Source: Thalassobaculaceae bacterium (GTDB lineage Bacteria > Pseudomonadota > Alphaproteobacteria > Thalassobaculales > Thalassobaculaceae). From it: a DNA stretch of 64,000 nucleotides. This document shows positions 1 to 12,564 of the stretch, piece by piece. The stretch is taken from contig OZ245843.1 in the NCBI GenBank assembly GCA_965228875.1, forward strand, positions 3,082,616 through 3,146,615. The letters run 5' to 3'. The position numbers and the translations under genes were made by a program. Below the pieces are notes generated by a model. That model was given only the letters and a program-made list of their open reading frames with translations. It ran no database searches and had not been told where the DNA came from. Position 1 is the stretch's first letter; the number at the start of each line of letters is the position of its first letter.

Positions 1-356
1 CGGTCGGCGTGCTGCTGTCGCTGTACTTCGCCGATCCGCGCATCGCCGCGGCCAGCGGCGGCGCCTTCCTGATCGCGCAACTGCTGGACGTGTGGATCTT
101 CAACCGACTGCGCCGGGGCACCTGGTGGCGCGCGCCCCTGGTCTCCTCCCTGATCGCCTCGGCGGTCGACACCGCGATCTTCTTCTCCGCCGCCTTCGCC
201 ATGACCGGCCTGCCCTGGGTCACCTGGGCGATGGGCGACTACGGCGCGAAGCTGGCCATGGCCGCGCTCCTGCTGGTGCCGTTCCGGCTGCTGGTCGGTC
301 TGCTGCCGGCCGAGTGGCGCGACGTCGAGGCGGAGATGCCGTCCCGGGCCGCCTGA
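1..356 (+). CDS. Queuosine precursor transporter (YhhQ/VUT family), 5' end outside window
   Basis: Hydrophobic ORF with AFLIAQLLDVWIFNRLR and SSLIASAVDTAIFF motifs typical of VUT/YhhQ; directly upstream of queA. Confidence 0.85.
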   Translation, partial: VGVLLSLYFADPRIAAASGGAFLIAQLLDVWIFNRLRRGTWWRAPLVSSLIASAVDTAIFFSAAFAMTGLPWVTWAMGDYGAKLAMAALLLVPFRLLVGLLPAEWRDVEAEMPSRAA

Positions 357-368
357 GGGCGCGCCCGC

Positions 369-2542
<2,174 letters not shown>

Positions 2543-2566
2543 CGCTGGTGAACGGGAGGAGCAGAG

Positions 2567-3691
2567 ATGACAGAGAGCACCTCCCTCGCCGACCGCATCA
2601 GGGCCGAGGCCCAGGCCGCCGGGTTCGATGCCGTCGGCATCACCCGCGCGGAGGTCGGCGCGCGGGAACAGGCACGGCTCGACGCCTTCGTCGCGGCCGG
2701 CGAGTACGGCGAGATGGCGTGGATGGCCGACACGCTGGAGCGGCGGCGCGATCCCCGGACCCTCTGGCCTGAGGCGCGCAGCGTGATCGTCTGCGCCATG
2801 AACTACGGCCCGGAACACGACCCGCTGGAAGAGCTTCAGCACTCCGACCGGGGCGTGATCGCCGGCTATGCCCGCAACCGCGACTACCACGATCTGGTCA
2901 AGAAGCGGCTCAAGCGCGTCGCCCGTTGGATGCACGCGGAACTGGCCTGCGAGGTGAAGGTCTTCGTCGACACCGCCCCGGTCCTGGAGAAACCGCTGGC
3001 GGCGCGCGCCGGGATCGGCTGGCAGGGCAAGCACACCAACCTGGTGAGCCGCACCCACGGCTCCTGGCTGTTCCTGGGCGAGGTGTTCACGACGCTGGAA
3101 CTGCCGGCGGACGAGCCCGAAGACGACCACTGTGGCTCCTGCCGCAAGTGCCTCGACATCTGCCCGACCGACGCATTCCCGACGCCGTACACGCTCGATG
3201 CGAGGCGCTGCATCAGCTACCTGACGATCGAGCACAAAGGGCCGATCCCGCGTGAGTTCCGCGCGGCCATGGGCAACCGGATCTACGGCTGCGACGACTG
3301 CCTGGCGGTCTGCCCCTGGAACAAGTTCGCCGAGACCGCCCGCGAGGCCGCGTTCGTCGCCCGCGACGACCTGACCCTGCCGCACCTCTCCGAGCTCGCA
3401 GCATTGGACGACACGGCGTTCCGCACGCGCTTCTCAGGCTCGCCGATCAAGCGGACGGGCCGCGACCGGTTCGTGCGAAACGTGCTGATTGCGCTCGGCA
3501 ACTCCGGTTCGACGGGCGCGATGGACGCCGTTCTCCCCCTGCTGGACGACGAGAGCCCGCTTGTCCGCGGGGCGGCAGTGTGGGCGTTTCTACGCCTGGG
3601 GGGAGAGCCGGGAGACCGCCCGGCACGGGAAAGCGACCCGGAGGTGCGGGCGGAATGGGGCGCAGCGTATGTGCGGTCGCGCTCGGACTGA
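2567..3691 (+). CDS. queG: Epoxyqueuosine reductase
   Basis: [51 protein letters not shown]e-S motifs. Confidence 0.97.
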   Translation: MTESTSLADRIRAEAQAAGFDAVGITRAEVGAREQARLDAFVAAGEYGEMAWMADTLERRRDPRTLWPEARSVIVCAMNYGPEHDPLEELQHSDRGVIAGYARNRDYHDLVKKRLKRVARWMHAELACEVKVFVDTAPVLEKPLAARAGIGWQGKHTNLVSRTHGSWLFLGEVFTTLELPADEPEDDHCGSCRKCLDICPTDAFPTPYTLDARRCISYLTIEHKGPIPREFRAAMGNRIYGCDDCLAVCPWNKFAETAREAAFVARDDLTLPHLSELAALDDTAFRTRFSGSPIKRTGRDRFVRNVLIALGNSGSTGAMDAVLPLLDDESPLVRGAAVWAFLRLGGEPGDRPARESDPEVRAEWGAAYVRSRSD

Positions 3692-3777
3692 TCGCAGGAC
3701 GCGGATCGCATTTCGCCCCCTGGACCCTGAGCAGAGGCCCGGTCAGGATGGGTCGGCGCAATCGAAGGCCCGTCCGT

Positions 3778-4587
3778 ATGCTCGACCCTATCGCAGGAAT
3801 CGTAACCGCCGACAGCGTGACCAAGCCGACCGCGGCCTGGCCGGGTGCGGTGCTGATTTCCGGGTCCCATGGCGGCGTCTATGCCGCCTACTGCGCCGCC
3901 AAGGCGGGGGTGCGCGGCGTGATCCTCAACGACGCCGGTCGCGGAAAGGACGATGCCGGGATCGGCGGCGCGGACTGGTGCGACACGCTTGGCCTGCCCT
4001 ATGCCGCGATCGACACCCTGTCGGCGCGGATCGGCAACGCGGAGGATATGGTCGCCCGCGGCGTCATCTCGACGGTCAACGCGGCCGCGGCCGCCCTGGG
4101 CGTCGGCGTCGGCGACCCGGTCCGCGCTGCCGCCCGGAAGATGACGGCGGCGGTGCAGTTCTCGGCCGAGGTTCCCGACTATGCGGAAGCCAGGTTCGAT
4201 CTTCCCGCAGGCCCGAGCGGCCGCCATGTCGTGCTCGCCGACTCGGCGTCGCTGATCGGCCCCCGGGATGTCGGGCAGGTGATCGTCTGCGGCAGCCATG
4301 GCGGCATGCTCGGCAGCGACCCGCGCACGGCGCTGAAGGTCGACGGGTTCGCCGCGTTCTACAACGACGCCGGCGGAGGCGCGGACGGCGCCGGGTTCAC
4401 CCGGCTGCCGGCGCTGGACGACCGTGGAATCGCTGCCGGAACCGTGGCGGCCATGAGTGCCAGGATCGGCGACGGACGCTCGACCTATGAGGACGGGGTG
4501 CTGAGCCGGGTGAACGAGACGGCAAGACGGCTGGGGGGAGAGCCGGGCATGGCGCTGAAGACGTTCTGCGCAGCGCTCACCGGCTGA
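3778..4587 (+). CDS. Conserved hypothetical protein with two tandem copies of a GSHGG/NDAG/SARIG domain
   Basis: Internal duplication visible in the translation; first gene of a tight operon; start at ATG 3778 chosen by eye. Confidence 0.75.
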   Translation: MLDPIAGIVTADSVTKPTAAWPGAVLISGSHGGVYAAYCAAKAGVRGVILNDAGRGKDDAGIGGADWCDTLGLPYAAIDTLSARIGNAEDMVARGVISTVNAAAAALGVGVGDPVRAAARKMTAAVQFSAEVPDYAEARFDLPAGPSGRHVVLADSASLIGPRDVGQVIVCGSHGGMLGSDPRTALKVDGFAAFYNDAGGGADGAGFTRLPALDDRGIAAGTVAAMSARIGDGRSTYEDGVLSRVNETARRLGGEPGMALKTFCAALTG

Positions 4588-4601
4588 GGGGGGAGGAGAG
4601 A

Positions 4602-5480
4602 ATGAAGCTCGCGACATTCACCGAACGGGGCCGTACGCGCATCGGCGTCGTCGAATTCGACCGGATCGCTGACGTCTGCGCCGCCGATCCGGCGCTTCCC
4701 GCCGACATGACCGACTACCTGCTGGCTCGGGAGGAAACAGCCGCGCGTCTGTCGCGCGCGTTGAGCGCCGCGCCCCGGCTGCCCCTCGCCGAGGTCACGC
4801 TCGAAGCCCCTGTCCAGCGGCCCGGCAAGTTCCTGGCGGTCGGCCTGAACTTCGCCGACCACATCGCCGAGGTCGGGGCCAGCACGCCGGAGTTTCCATC
4901 AACCTTCGCCAAGACCGCGAGTTGCATCAACCGGCCCTACGGCGACGTGCACCGGCCAAGAATTTCCGACTCGCTCGACTACGAGGGAGAGTTGGGCGTG
5001 GTGATCGGCCGGCGCTGCCGGCATGTCCCCAGGGAGCGGGCGCTGGAGGTCGTCGCCGGGTACTGCGTGGTCAACGACCTCACCGTCCGCGAATGGGTCA
5101 ATCTGACGCCGCAGGTGGTGATCCCGAAGAGTTTCGACACGACCGGCCCGTTCGGTCCATGGGTCACCACGGCGGACGAGATCGCCGACCCGCAGGATCT
5201 CAGGATCCGTACCCTGGTCAACGGCGAGACCCGACAGGACAGCTCGACCCGGGAAATGATCTTCACCTGCGCCGATCTGATCGCCCTGCTGAGCCAGGGG
5301 CTGACCCTGGAGCCCGGCGACGTGCTGACCACCGGCACACCGCCGGGAGTCGGCGAAGGCATGACGCCGAAGCGGTACCTGCAACCGGGCGACGTCGTGC
5401 GGGTCGAGATCGACGGTCTCGGCCATATCGAGAACCGTGTCGTGGCCGAGCCAGACACAACCGCCTTCATCGATCCCTGA
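4602..5480 (+). CDS. Fumarylacetoacetate hydrolase family protein
   Basis: VGLNFADH, LDYEGELGVVIG, NDLTVR, KSFDT, TLEPGDVLTTGTP; GGAG RBS. Confidence 0.95.
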   Translation: MKLATFTERGRTRIGVVEFDRIADVCAADPALPADMTDYLLAREETAARLSRALSAAPRLPLAEVTLEAPVQRPGKFLAVGLNFADHIAEVGASTPEFPSTFAKTASCINRPYGDVHRPRISDSLDYEGELGVVIGRRCRHVPRERALEVVAGYCVVNDLTVREWVNLTPQVVIPKSFDTTGPFGPWVTTADEIADPQDLRIRTLVNGETRQDSSTREMIFTCADLIALLSQGLTLEPGDVLTTGTPPGVGEGMTPKRYLQPGDVVRVEIDGLGHIENRVVAEPDTTAFIDP

Positions 5481-5491
5481 CGGAGTGAGAC

Positions 5492-6178
5492 ATGCCGCTG
5501 TACGGCAAGGGCATGCTGGTCACCTTCACCGAGGTCGCCAGCGAGCACGAGGAAGAGTTCAACGAGTGGTACAACCGCGAGCACATCGACGAGCGGGTAT
5601 TCATGCCCGGTTTCAAGCGGGCGCGGCGCTATCTCGCCGCCGATGACCGTGCGAAGGTCAAATACTTCGCCACCTACGAGACCGAGACCGTGCAGGACCT
5701 CTGCGCGCCGGAGTACATGAAGCTGCTCGGCGACCAGTCGCCCTGGTCGAAAAAGGTGATGGCGCTGTTCACCCATTTCGACCGGCTGACCGTGGAGTGC
5801 ACGGTCGATCTGACCCACGGCTTCACGGGAGCGGCCGGCCTGGCCCGTTTTTATCCCGCCAGTGCCCGCAAGGCCGAGCTGCGCAAGGCGCTGGCCGAAA
5901 AGGTCCTGCCCGCGGCGATCGGGCGCCCCGGCGTCCTCGGCGCCTGCGTGCTGGAAAACGACCTGGACGTGGTGGCCGAAGGCCTCAAGGCCCAGGGCAA
6001 GCCGGTTCCGGACGACATGAAGCAGGAGTGGCTGGTAATCCTCGACACCGACACGCCGGCGACGGCCAGTGTCGCTCTGGAGACCGCGTTCGGGAACGAC
6101 GCCCTGCTTGCCTGCGACCTGCCGACCTCGGCGGTGGAGACCTCGTCCTACTACATGACTTTCGGCAACCAGCGCTGA
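5492..6178 (+). CDS. Hypothetical protein, dimeric alpha-beta barrel (DUF4286/EthD-like)
   Basis: EEEFNEWYNREHIDERVFMPGFKRARRY motif. Confidence 0.7.
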   Translation: MPLYGKGMLVTFTEVASEHEEEFNEWYNREHIDERVFMPGFKRARRYLAADDRAKVKYFATYETETVQDLCAPEYMKLLGDQSPWSKKVMALFTHFDRLTVECTVDLTHGFTGAAGLARFYPASARKAELRKALAEKVLPAAIGRPGVLGACVLENDLDVVAEGLKAQGKPVPDDMKQEWLVILDTDTPATASVALETAFGNDALLACDLPTSAVETSSYYMTFGNQR

Positions 6179-6188
6179 CGGAGTACGC

Positions 6189-8240
6189 ATGTCCTGGTTC
6201 ATCGGCGTCGACGTCGGCGGCACCTTCACCGATTTCTACGCGGTCGACCGCGAGAGCGCGCGGGTCGTCGTGCACAAGACCCCGTCGACCCCGCACAACC
6301 CGGCGGAGGCGATCCTGGCCGGACTGGACGCGCTCGCCGCGACGAACGACATTCCCGCCGAGGCGATCGCACGACTGGCCCATGGCACGACGGTCGCGAC
6401 CAATGCGCTGATCCAGCGCAGGGGTGCGCCGCTGGCGCTCATCACGACGGAAGGGTTCCGGGACCTGCTGGAGATCGGCCGCCAGATCCGACCGAAGATG
6501 TACGACCTGAAGGCGGACGCGCCGCCGCCGCTGGTGCCGCGCAAGCATCGCTTCGAGGTCCGCGAGCGCATGACGGCGGACGGCACGCCGCGGATCCCGC
6601 TCGACGATGCGGCGATCGACACGGCGATCGACCGGGTCGAAGCTTCCGGAGCCGAGGCGGTCGCCGTCTGCCTGCTGTTCGGTTTCCTCAACCCGGAGCA
6701 CGAACAGCGGATCGGCACGCGGCTGGCGGAACGGCTGCCCGGCGTGGCCGTGTCCCTGTCCAGCGCCGTGCAGCCGGAGTTCCGCGAGTTCGAGCGGTTC
6801 TCGACCACGGCGCTGAATGCCTACCTGCAGCCCCTCATCGGCCGTTACATGCGCCATCTCGGCGAAGAACTGAGAGGACGCGCCCCGAGCGCGCGGCTCG
6901 GCATCAACCAGTCGAGCGGCGGGTTGATGTCCGTCGACCGGGCCGCTGATTTCCCGGTGCGCACCGCCCTGTCCGGTCCCGCCGCCGGAGCGGTGGGCGC
7001 AGCCCATGTCGCGCGTCTCGCCGGCAAGCCCGACGTCATCACGCTGGACATGGGCGGGACCAGTGCCGACGTGGCGCTGATCCGCGATTTCGAGGCCGAG
7101 ATCGGCTTCGGACGGGAGGTCGCCGGATTCCCGGTCCGCATGCCGATCGTCGACGTGCACACGGTCGGCGCCGGCGGTGGCTCGATCGCCTGGTTCGCCC
7201 GCGATGGACTGCTCAAGGTCGGCCCGGCCTCCGCCGGAGCGGTCCCCGGCCCCGCCTGCTACAGCCGCGGCGGTACCGAGCCGACCGTCTCCGACGCCAA
7301 CCTCGTCCTCGGCCGGCTGTCGGGCACGCTCATCGGCGGGGCGATGACCCTTGACCCGGACAAGGCCCGGGCGGCGATCCAACCGGTCGCCGACCGCCTC
7401 GGCTTCACCATCGAGAAGACGGCGGAGGGCATTCTCGGCATCGTCACCGCCAACATGGTCCGCGCCATCCGCACCGTTTCGGTGGAACGCGGGCACGATC
7501 CGCGTGACTTCATGCTGATGCCGTTCGGCGGCGCCGGTGCCCTGCATGCGGGCGACGTGGCCCGCGCCCTGGACATGAAGGAGATCGTCGTGCCGCCGGC
7601 CCCCGGCATCCTCTGCGCCCAGGGCCTAGTCGTCTCCGACCTGAAGGAGGACTTCGTCGCCACCGCCCGAATTCCGCTGACCGAGGACGCGCGAGCGCAG
7701 ATCGACGCGGCGATCGCGCCGCTGGCTGAGGCCGCCGCCGACTGGTTCGCGGCCGAAGAGATCGCGCCGGCGCGCCGACGCCTGCGCCTGGCGGTCGACC
7801 TGCGGTACGTGGGACAGAACTTCGAGCTGCTGGTGCCGGCCGACGAGACCGCCGGCGGCGTGCCTTCTCTCCCCGAACTCGACGAGATCAGGCGCCGGTT
7901 CTTCGCCGCCCACGAGAAGACCTACGGCCACTATACCGCCGACGATCCGATCGAGACGGTGAACTTCCGGCTCACGGCGGTCGGAGACGCGCAGCGGATC
8001 CCACCCCCGGCCATCCCGGACGACGCCGGCCGGCACCCGCATCCGACGGGACGGCGGCCGGTCTGGTTCGACGGCGCCGAGCACGACACGCCGGTCTACG
8101 ACCGCGCGGCACTCGCTCCGGGCCAGTCCTTCGCCGGTCCGGCGATCGTCGATCAGCTCGACGCCACGACCGTCGTACATCCGGGCGACCGCGTGTCGGT
8201 CGACGCAGCCCTCAACCTGATCATCGAGGTGTCGCGATGA
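6189..8240 (+). CDS. Hydantoinase/oxoprolinase subunit A
   Basis: IGVDVGGTFTD, HGTTVATNAL, SGPAAG, DMGGTS, GAGGGSIA, GGAGALH. Confidence 0.96.
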   Translation: MSWFIGVDVGGTFTDFYAVDRESARVVVHKTPSTPHNPAEAILAGLDALAATNDIPAEAIARLAHGTTVATNALIQRRGAPLALITTEGFRDLLEIGRQIRPKMYDLKADAPPPLVPRKHRFEVRERMTADGTPRIPLDDAAIDTAIDRVEASGAEAVAVCLLFGFLNPEHEQRIGTRLAERLPGVAVSLSSAVQPEFREFERFSTTALNAYLQPLIGRYMRHLGEELRGRAPSARLGINQSSGGLMSVDRAADFPVRTALSGPAAGAVGAAHVARLAGKPDVITLDMGGTSADVALIRDFEAEIGFGREVAGFPVRMPIVDVHTVGAGGGSIAWFARDGLLKVGPASAGAVPGPACYSRGGTEPTVSDANLVLGRLSGTLIGGAMTLDPDKARAAIQPVADRLGFTIEKTAEGILGIVTANMVRAIRTVSVERGHDPRDFMLMPFGGAGALHAGDVARALDMKEIVVPPAPGILCAQGLVVSDLKEDFVATARIPLTEDARAQIDAAIAPLAEAAADWFAAEEIAPARRRLRLAVDLRYVGQNFELLVPADETAGGVPSLPELDEIRRRFFAAHEKTYGHYTADDPIETVNFRLTAVGDAQRIPPPAIPDDAGRHPHPTGRRPVWFDGAEHDTPVYDRAALAPGQSFAGPAIVDQLDATTVVHPGDRVSVDAALNLIIEVSR

Positions 8241-9925
8241 GCACTCCTGATCCGATCACCACCGAGATCGTCTTCAACGCGCTGCAGTCGGTCGCCGACG
8301 AGAGCTTCGTCGCGCTGATGAAGAGCGCCTATTCGACCAACATCAAGGAGCGGCATGACCATTCCACCGCCATCGTCGACCGCGACGGGCGGCTGGTGGT
8401 GCAGGCGGCGAACTCGATCCCGATCCACCTCGCCTCGATGCTCGGGCTGATGCAGAAAATCCTGGCGAAGTACCCGGTCTCGGAGATCCACGAGGGCGAC
8501 GTGTTCTGCGCCAACGACCCGCACGTCGCAGGCGGCACGCACCTGCCGGACGTAAATCTGGCCATGCCCGTGTTTGCGGAGGGGGAACTGGTCGGCTTCG
8601 TGTGCAACATCGCGCATCACGCCGATGTCGGGGGCATGTCGCCCGGCTCCATGGCCGGCGGCATGACGTCGATCTACCAGGAGGGACTGCGCATCCCGGT
8701 CATCAAGCTGTTCCGCCGGGGCGAACTCGACCGCGACCTGTTCGACCTGATCCTGTTGAACGTGCGCGTGGTGGAGGAGCGCCGGGGCGATTACAACGCC
8801 CAGTTCGCCGCTCTCCACCTGGCGCACCGCCGTCTGCTGGAGATCGTCGCGCGCAACGGGCGAGAGACGGTGGAAGCGGTGTTCGACGGCATCATCAGCC
8901 GCACCCATGCCCGCATGAAGGAGAGCATCGCCGCCATCCCCGACGGCACCTACGCCTTCGAGGACTTCATGGACAATGACGGGGCGGGTATCGACGACGT
9001 CAAGATCGCCGTGACCATCACCATCAAGGGCGATGACGCGGTCTTCGACTTCACCGGCACCGACGCCCAGGTCCCCGGCAACGTGAACATTCCGCTGAAC
9101 GGCACGCTGGCGGCGGTGTGCTACGTGTTGAAGGCGATGCTGGATCCGGAGATCCCGAACAACCACGGGGTCATCGACGCGGTGACGGTCACGGCCCCGC
9201 CCGGCACGGTGGTGAGCTGTGTGGAGCCGGCCTCGGTCGCCTCCCGGGCCCATACCTCGCAGCGCATCGTCGACGTGGTGATCGGCGCCCTGGCCGACGC
9301 CCTGCCGGACAGGGCGGTGGGGGCGGCGAACGGCGCCAACTCGATGGCGATCTTCGCCGGGACCGACCCGCGCTCGGGCCGGCCCTACGTCTACCTTGAG
9401 ACGCTTGGAGGAGGATTCGGCGGCCGTAACGACCGCGACGGGAAGGACGGGGTGCAGGTTCACATCACCAACACCTCCAACCTGCCGGTGGAAGCGATCG
9501 AGATGGAGTACCCGCTGCTGGTCGAGGCTTACGGCCTGATCGAGGATTCCGGCGGGGCCGGCACCTGGCGCGGCGGGCTGGGCCTGAAACGCGTGGTAAC
9601 GCCGGTCGATCACGACTGCGTCTTCACGGGCATCGGCGAGCGTTTCCGCCACCAGCCCTGGGGCGTATTCGGCGGCCAACCGGGCCAGACCGGCCATTTT
9701 GCCGTCCGGACCAAGGAGGGCGAGACCCGGGACATGCCGACGAAGTTCGGCGACGCGCCGCTGCGCCAGGGCGACAGCGCGATCGTCGAGACCCCGGGGG
9801 CGGGCGGCTACGGTCCGCCGTCAGGGCGTGCCGCCGAAACGCTGGCGGAGGACTGGGACTCGGGCAAGTTCTCCCCGGACTTCATGCGCACGCACTATGA
9901 CTGGGAGCCGCCGGCCAGCGCGTGA
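8237..9925 (+). CDS. Hydantoinase B/oxoprolinase subunit
   Basis: SAYSTNIKERHD, NDPHVAGGTHLPD, HHADVGG, IYQEGLRIP, DSGGAGTWRGG, ETPGAGGYG; ATGA overlap with subunit A. Confidence 0.96.
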   Translation: MSTPDPITTEIVFNALQSVADESFVALMKSAYSTNIKERHDHSTAIVDRDGRLVVQAANSIPIHLASMLGLMQKILAKYPVSEIHEGDVFCANDPHVAGGTHLPDVNLAMPVFAEGELVGFVCNIAHHADVGGMSPGSMAGGMTSIYQEGLRIPVIKLFRRGELDRDLFDLILLNVRVVEERRGDYNAQFAALHLAHRRLLEIVARNGRETVEAVFDGIISRTHARMKESIAAIPDGTYAFEDFMDNDGAGIDDVKIAVTITIKGDDAVFDFTGTDAQVPGNVNIPLNGTLAAVCYVLKAMLDPEIPNNHGVIDAVTVTAPPGTVVSCVEPASVASRAHTSQRIVDVVIGALADALPDRAVGAANGANSMAIFAGTDPRSGRPYVYLETLGGGFGGRNDRDGKDGVQVHITNTSNLPVEAIEMEYPLLVEAYGLIEDSGGAGTWRGGLGLKRVVTPVDHDCVFTGIGERFRHQPWGVFGGQPGQTGHFAVRTKEGETRDMPTKFGDAPLRQGDSAIVETPGAGGYGPPSGRAAETLAEDWDSGKFSPDFMRTHYDWEPPASA

Positions 9926-10104
9926 GTCAGGCGTCGAACCACGGCATCGCGGACAGCGATGACGATGTCGAAGACCGGTGCGATCACGGCACCGATCGCC
10001 GCCGCCACCTCCGCCGGCATGGGTGTCTGCGGAAAGGCGGTGTTCCAGGCCCACGCGACCAGCACCCCGGACCCGACCGTCGCACCCGTGACCGCGCCCC
10101 TCAT
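9895..10104 (-). CDS. Small two-TM protein, holin-like
   Basis: 69 aa with two hydrophobic segments (GSGVLVAWAW; PAEVAAAIGAVIAPVF); last gene of the cluster; overlaps the hydantoinase B 3' end. Confidence 0.5.
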   Translation of the reverse strand: MRGAVTGATVGSGVLVAWAWNTAFPQTPMPAEVAAAIGAVIAPVFDIVIAVRDAVVRRLTHALAGGSQS

Positions 10105-10203
10105 CGCCCCACCGCCCCGACCGTAGCGAGGGACCGGTGAACGGGGCGTGGGCCGGATAGTGTGCAGGTCATGGTCGACCTCCTGGTTGGAAAGGGGGTG
10201 CCG

Positions 10204-10410
10204 TCAGCCCGGGACGGGCAGGTTGAGAAGCGCCACCAGCCCGCCAAGCACGGACAGCGCGATCGCACACAGAACGCCGAGCAGAAACGCCTCGATCCGC
10301 CCGACCCGCCGCTCGAGCTCCCGCAACCTGTAGCCGGACAACGCCCCATCGGCCGACCGCCCGGAGCGAGCCCGCTGAGCGAACCGCGCGATGTCGTAGT
10401 CGTGCTGCAT
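10204..10410 (-). CDS. Small coiled-coil plus single-TM phage membrane protein
   Basis: LRELERRVGRIE then FLLGVLCAIALSVLGGLVALL; GGAGG RBS before ATG 10410. Confidence 0.6.
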   Translation of the reverse strand: MQHDYDIARFAQRARSGRSADGALSGYRLRELERRVGRIEAFLLGVLCAIALSVLGGLVALLNLPVPG

Positions 10411-10448
10411 CGGACTCTGACCTCCAGTCGGAAATGGCCTGATCGGCG

Positions 10449-11429
10449 CTATCCCCATTCAACGACAAGTAGCGCATCCCCACCGAAACCTCGGTGATTG
10501 AAGATGGCTCCTCCACCCCCTCCACCACCACCAAGGCCCCCATCTTCACCACGGCTGTTGAACAGACCACCGCCCCCGCCGCCAAACGTGCCGCCTGCGC
10601 CTCCATCGCCGTGGCCGCCCCCGCCGCCGGCTCCGTATTGCGCGTCGAGAGGGTCGCCGGTGATGCGACCTTCGGACCCGTCGCCGGTGTTGTGGAACGA
10701 TGCGCCGCCGGGTTGCTGGCCCCGTCCGGGAGCGTCGACGATCGCCGGCGTGATCGCGCCGCCACCGCCGCCATGGGCGTCGCCGGCGTCCCCGCCATCC
10801 CCGGCAATACCGCCGCCGCCGGCTCCGTACCGACCGAGTGCATTGCCTCCGTTGCCGCCCGGTCCGAAATACGCGCCCGCTCCGCCGCCGCCACCACCGC
10901 CCCGCTCGTTACCGACCCCGCCGTTGCCGCCGGAGCCGCCGGTCAGGTTGGTGTCGCCGCCTGAAGCCAGCCCTCCCGCGCCGCCCGCCGCCCCGGCCGC
11001 GTTGGCGCCGGCACCCGCCACCATCGCGATCCCGAGGACCGCACAGGACAAGGTGGAGTCCTGACCGCTGCCGCCCGCAGCCAGGTCGATCGCGAAGGAG
11101 ACCGCGTCCAGGCCGCCGGTCCGGTAGACCGTCTTGATACAGGTTCCACCGCCGCCGCCACCGCCCGAACTCGTGCCGCTGCCGGAGACATCGGCATCGC
11201 CGCCGGCGCCCACGAGGTAGAAGCGGATGACTTCGGTACCGGCCGGAATCGCGGCATCCGAGATCCGCCAGGACGGCGTCGACGTCGTGACCTCGGCATG
11301 ATTTCCCCAGGGAGAGGCCGCGAAGACCTTTGCGGGAATCCCGGCGCCACCGGCCCGGGATCGGGCTCGGGAACCGGAGGACAGGCCGCCCGACGGGCCA
11401 GCACCTGACGGTGGATGAATTCCGAACAT
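10449..11429 (-). CDS. Glycine-rich tail fibre/receptor-binding-like protein
   Basis: VGAGG...GGGGGGG...C-terminal GFGGDALLVVEW pattern of phage Gly-rich domains; AAGGAG RBS. Confidence 0.75.
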   Translation of the reverse strand: MFGIHPPSGAGPSGGLSSGSRARSRAGGAGIPAKVFAASPWGNHAEVTTSTPSWRISDAAIPAGTEVIRFYLVGAGGDADVSGSGTSSGGGGGGGTCIKTVYRTGGLDAVSFAIDLAAGGSGQDSTLSCAVLGIAMVAGAGANAAGAAGGAGGLASGGDTNLTGGSGGNGGVGNERGGGGGGGAGAYFGPGGNGGNALGRYGAGGGGIAGDGGDAGDAHGGGGGAITPAIVDAPGRGQQPGGASFHNTGDGSEGRITGDPLDAQYGAGGGGGHGDGGAGGTFGGGGGGLFNSRGEDGGLGGGGGGGGAIFNHRGFGGDALLVVEWG

Positions 11430-11478
11430 TCCGGCGTCTCCTTGTTCAATGTGACAGGGCAGCGGCGCGCGGCGCGGC

Positions 11479-11904
11479 TCAGTAGTCGGCGCCCAGCGCC
11501 TCGACGATCATCTCACCGCCCGACACACCGACGGCGATGGCGAAGCCCAGGCGCGCATCGCCCGGGAGGTCGAGGTAGCGTGCCGGATCGTCCTGATCGA
11601 CGACCGACGTCCGACCGCCGTTCACCGTTGCCGCGTCAAAGGTATGTGCCGGAACCAGCGCATCCAGATGCGGCAGGTAGGTCCAGCTCGCGCCGCCGTC
11701 GGCGGACAGGAAGAATCGGACCGCGGTGTCGGCGACGGTCGCGGTGGCGCCAACATACAGGCCGGTCAGCCGCGTTCCGTTGGGGCCGGCCACGATCGCC
11801 GTCGCGATCGTTCCCGAGCCGTTGGTGTTGAGGTTCGCGACCGACGTGCCGGCGGCCTCGTAGCGCGGCGTCTGCGGCCATGCGGGTGTGTTGGTCAGGG
11901 CCAT
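11479..11904 (-). CDS. Phage tail-associated hypothetical protein
   Basis: 141-aa beta-rich ORF in the tail-tip region. Confidence 0.7.
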   Translation of the reverse strand: MALTNTPAWPQTPRYEAAGTSVANLNTNGSGTIATAIVAGPNGTRLTGLYVGATATVADTAVRFFLSADGGASWTYLPHLDALVPAHTFDAATVNGGRTSVVDQDDPARYLDLPGDARLGFAIAVGVSGGEMIVEALGADY

Positions 11905-11985
11905 GGGAGGTGTCCTTCCGCGGAATATCGATGATGTCGGATCGGTAGGCCGAGCGCCCGGCGACGGCGGTCGGGTGCAGCCGGA

Positions 11986-12501
11986 TCAACCGGAGAGGGC
12001 GTAGGCCGTGCCAAGGGTCACGGCGTAGCTCTGCAGGTTGGCGGTATTGGTGATTGCGTGACCCTGGGCGTCGAGATCGGCGCTCAGACTTGGCGCCGGG
12101 TCCAGTGCGAGCCCCCGCACCGCCATGAACGGGTGTCCCACGACCCACGCATCGGCGGTGCCGCCACTGGCGATCGCAACGTCGAGTTCGAGCGTGGTGC
12201 CGGCGAACGACGTGACGGTCCCGAGCATGTAGACGGTCACGTCCGCGGCAGCCGCGACCCGAACCATCGTGCCGACCGGCAGACTGCTCTCGCCGGACTG
12301 CTGATGGGTGGTCAGGATGCGCGCGCCGGTCTGCGCCACCAGGGTGGAGGTCGATGTCACATAGATCCCGGCGATCGATCCCGCCGCTTCCGCCGTCGCC
12401 TGGAGGATGGCCGGCAGTCCGTTCTCCTCGTCGGCATAGGCGTTCCCTTCGACATTGGCTTGCGTGAAGGTGCGTCCCGCGAGCGTTACGCTCCAGGCCA
12501 T
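11986..12501 (-). CDS. Phage tail-associated hypothetical protein
   Basis: 171-aa Ala/Thr-rich ORF with AGGAG RBS. Confidence 0.7.
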   Translation of the reverse strand: MAWSVTLAGRTFTQANVEGNAYADEENGLPAILQATAEAAGSIAGIYVTSTSTLVAQTGARILTTHQQSGESSLPVGTMVRVAAAADVTVYMLGTVTSFAGTTLELDVAIASGGTADAWVVGHPFMAVRGLALDPAPSLSADLDAQGHAITNTANLQSYAVTLGTAYALSG

Positions 12502-12564
12502 GGCTCACTCCTGTGTTGCGGTGAACGATCCGAGGCTGTTCCGGCGCCGCTCCGGCTGTGTCCG

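Noticed and set aside
10169..11137. Pro-rich and Ala-rich alternative ORFs; PE-PGRS-like call
   Set aside because: Shadow frames of the Gly-rich phage gene; no PE domain
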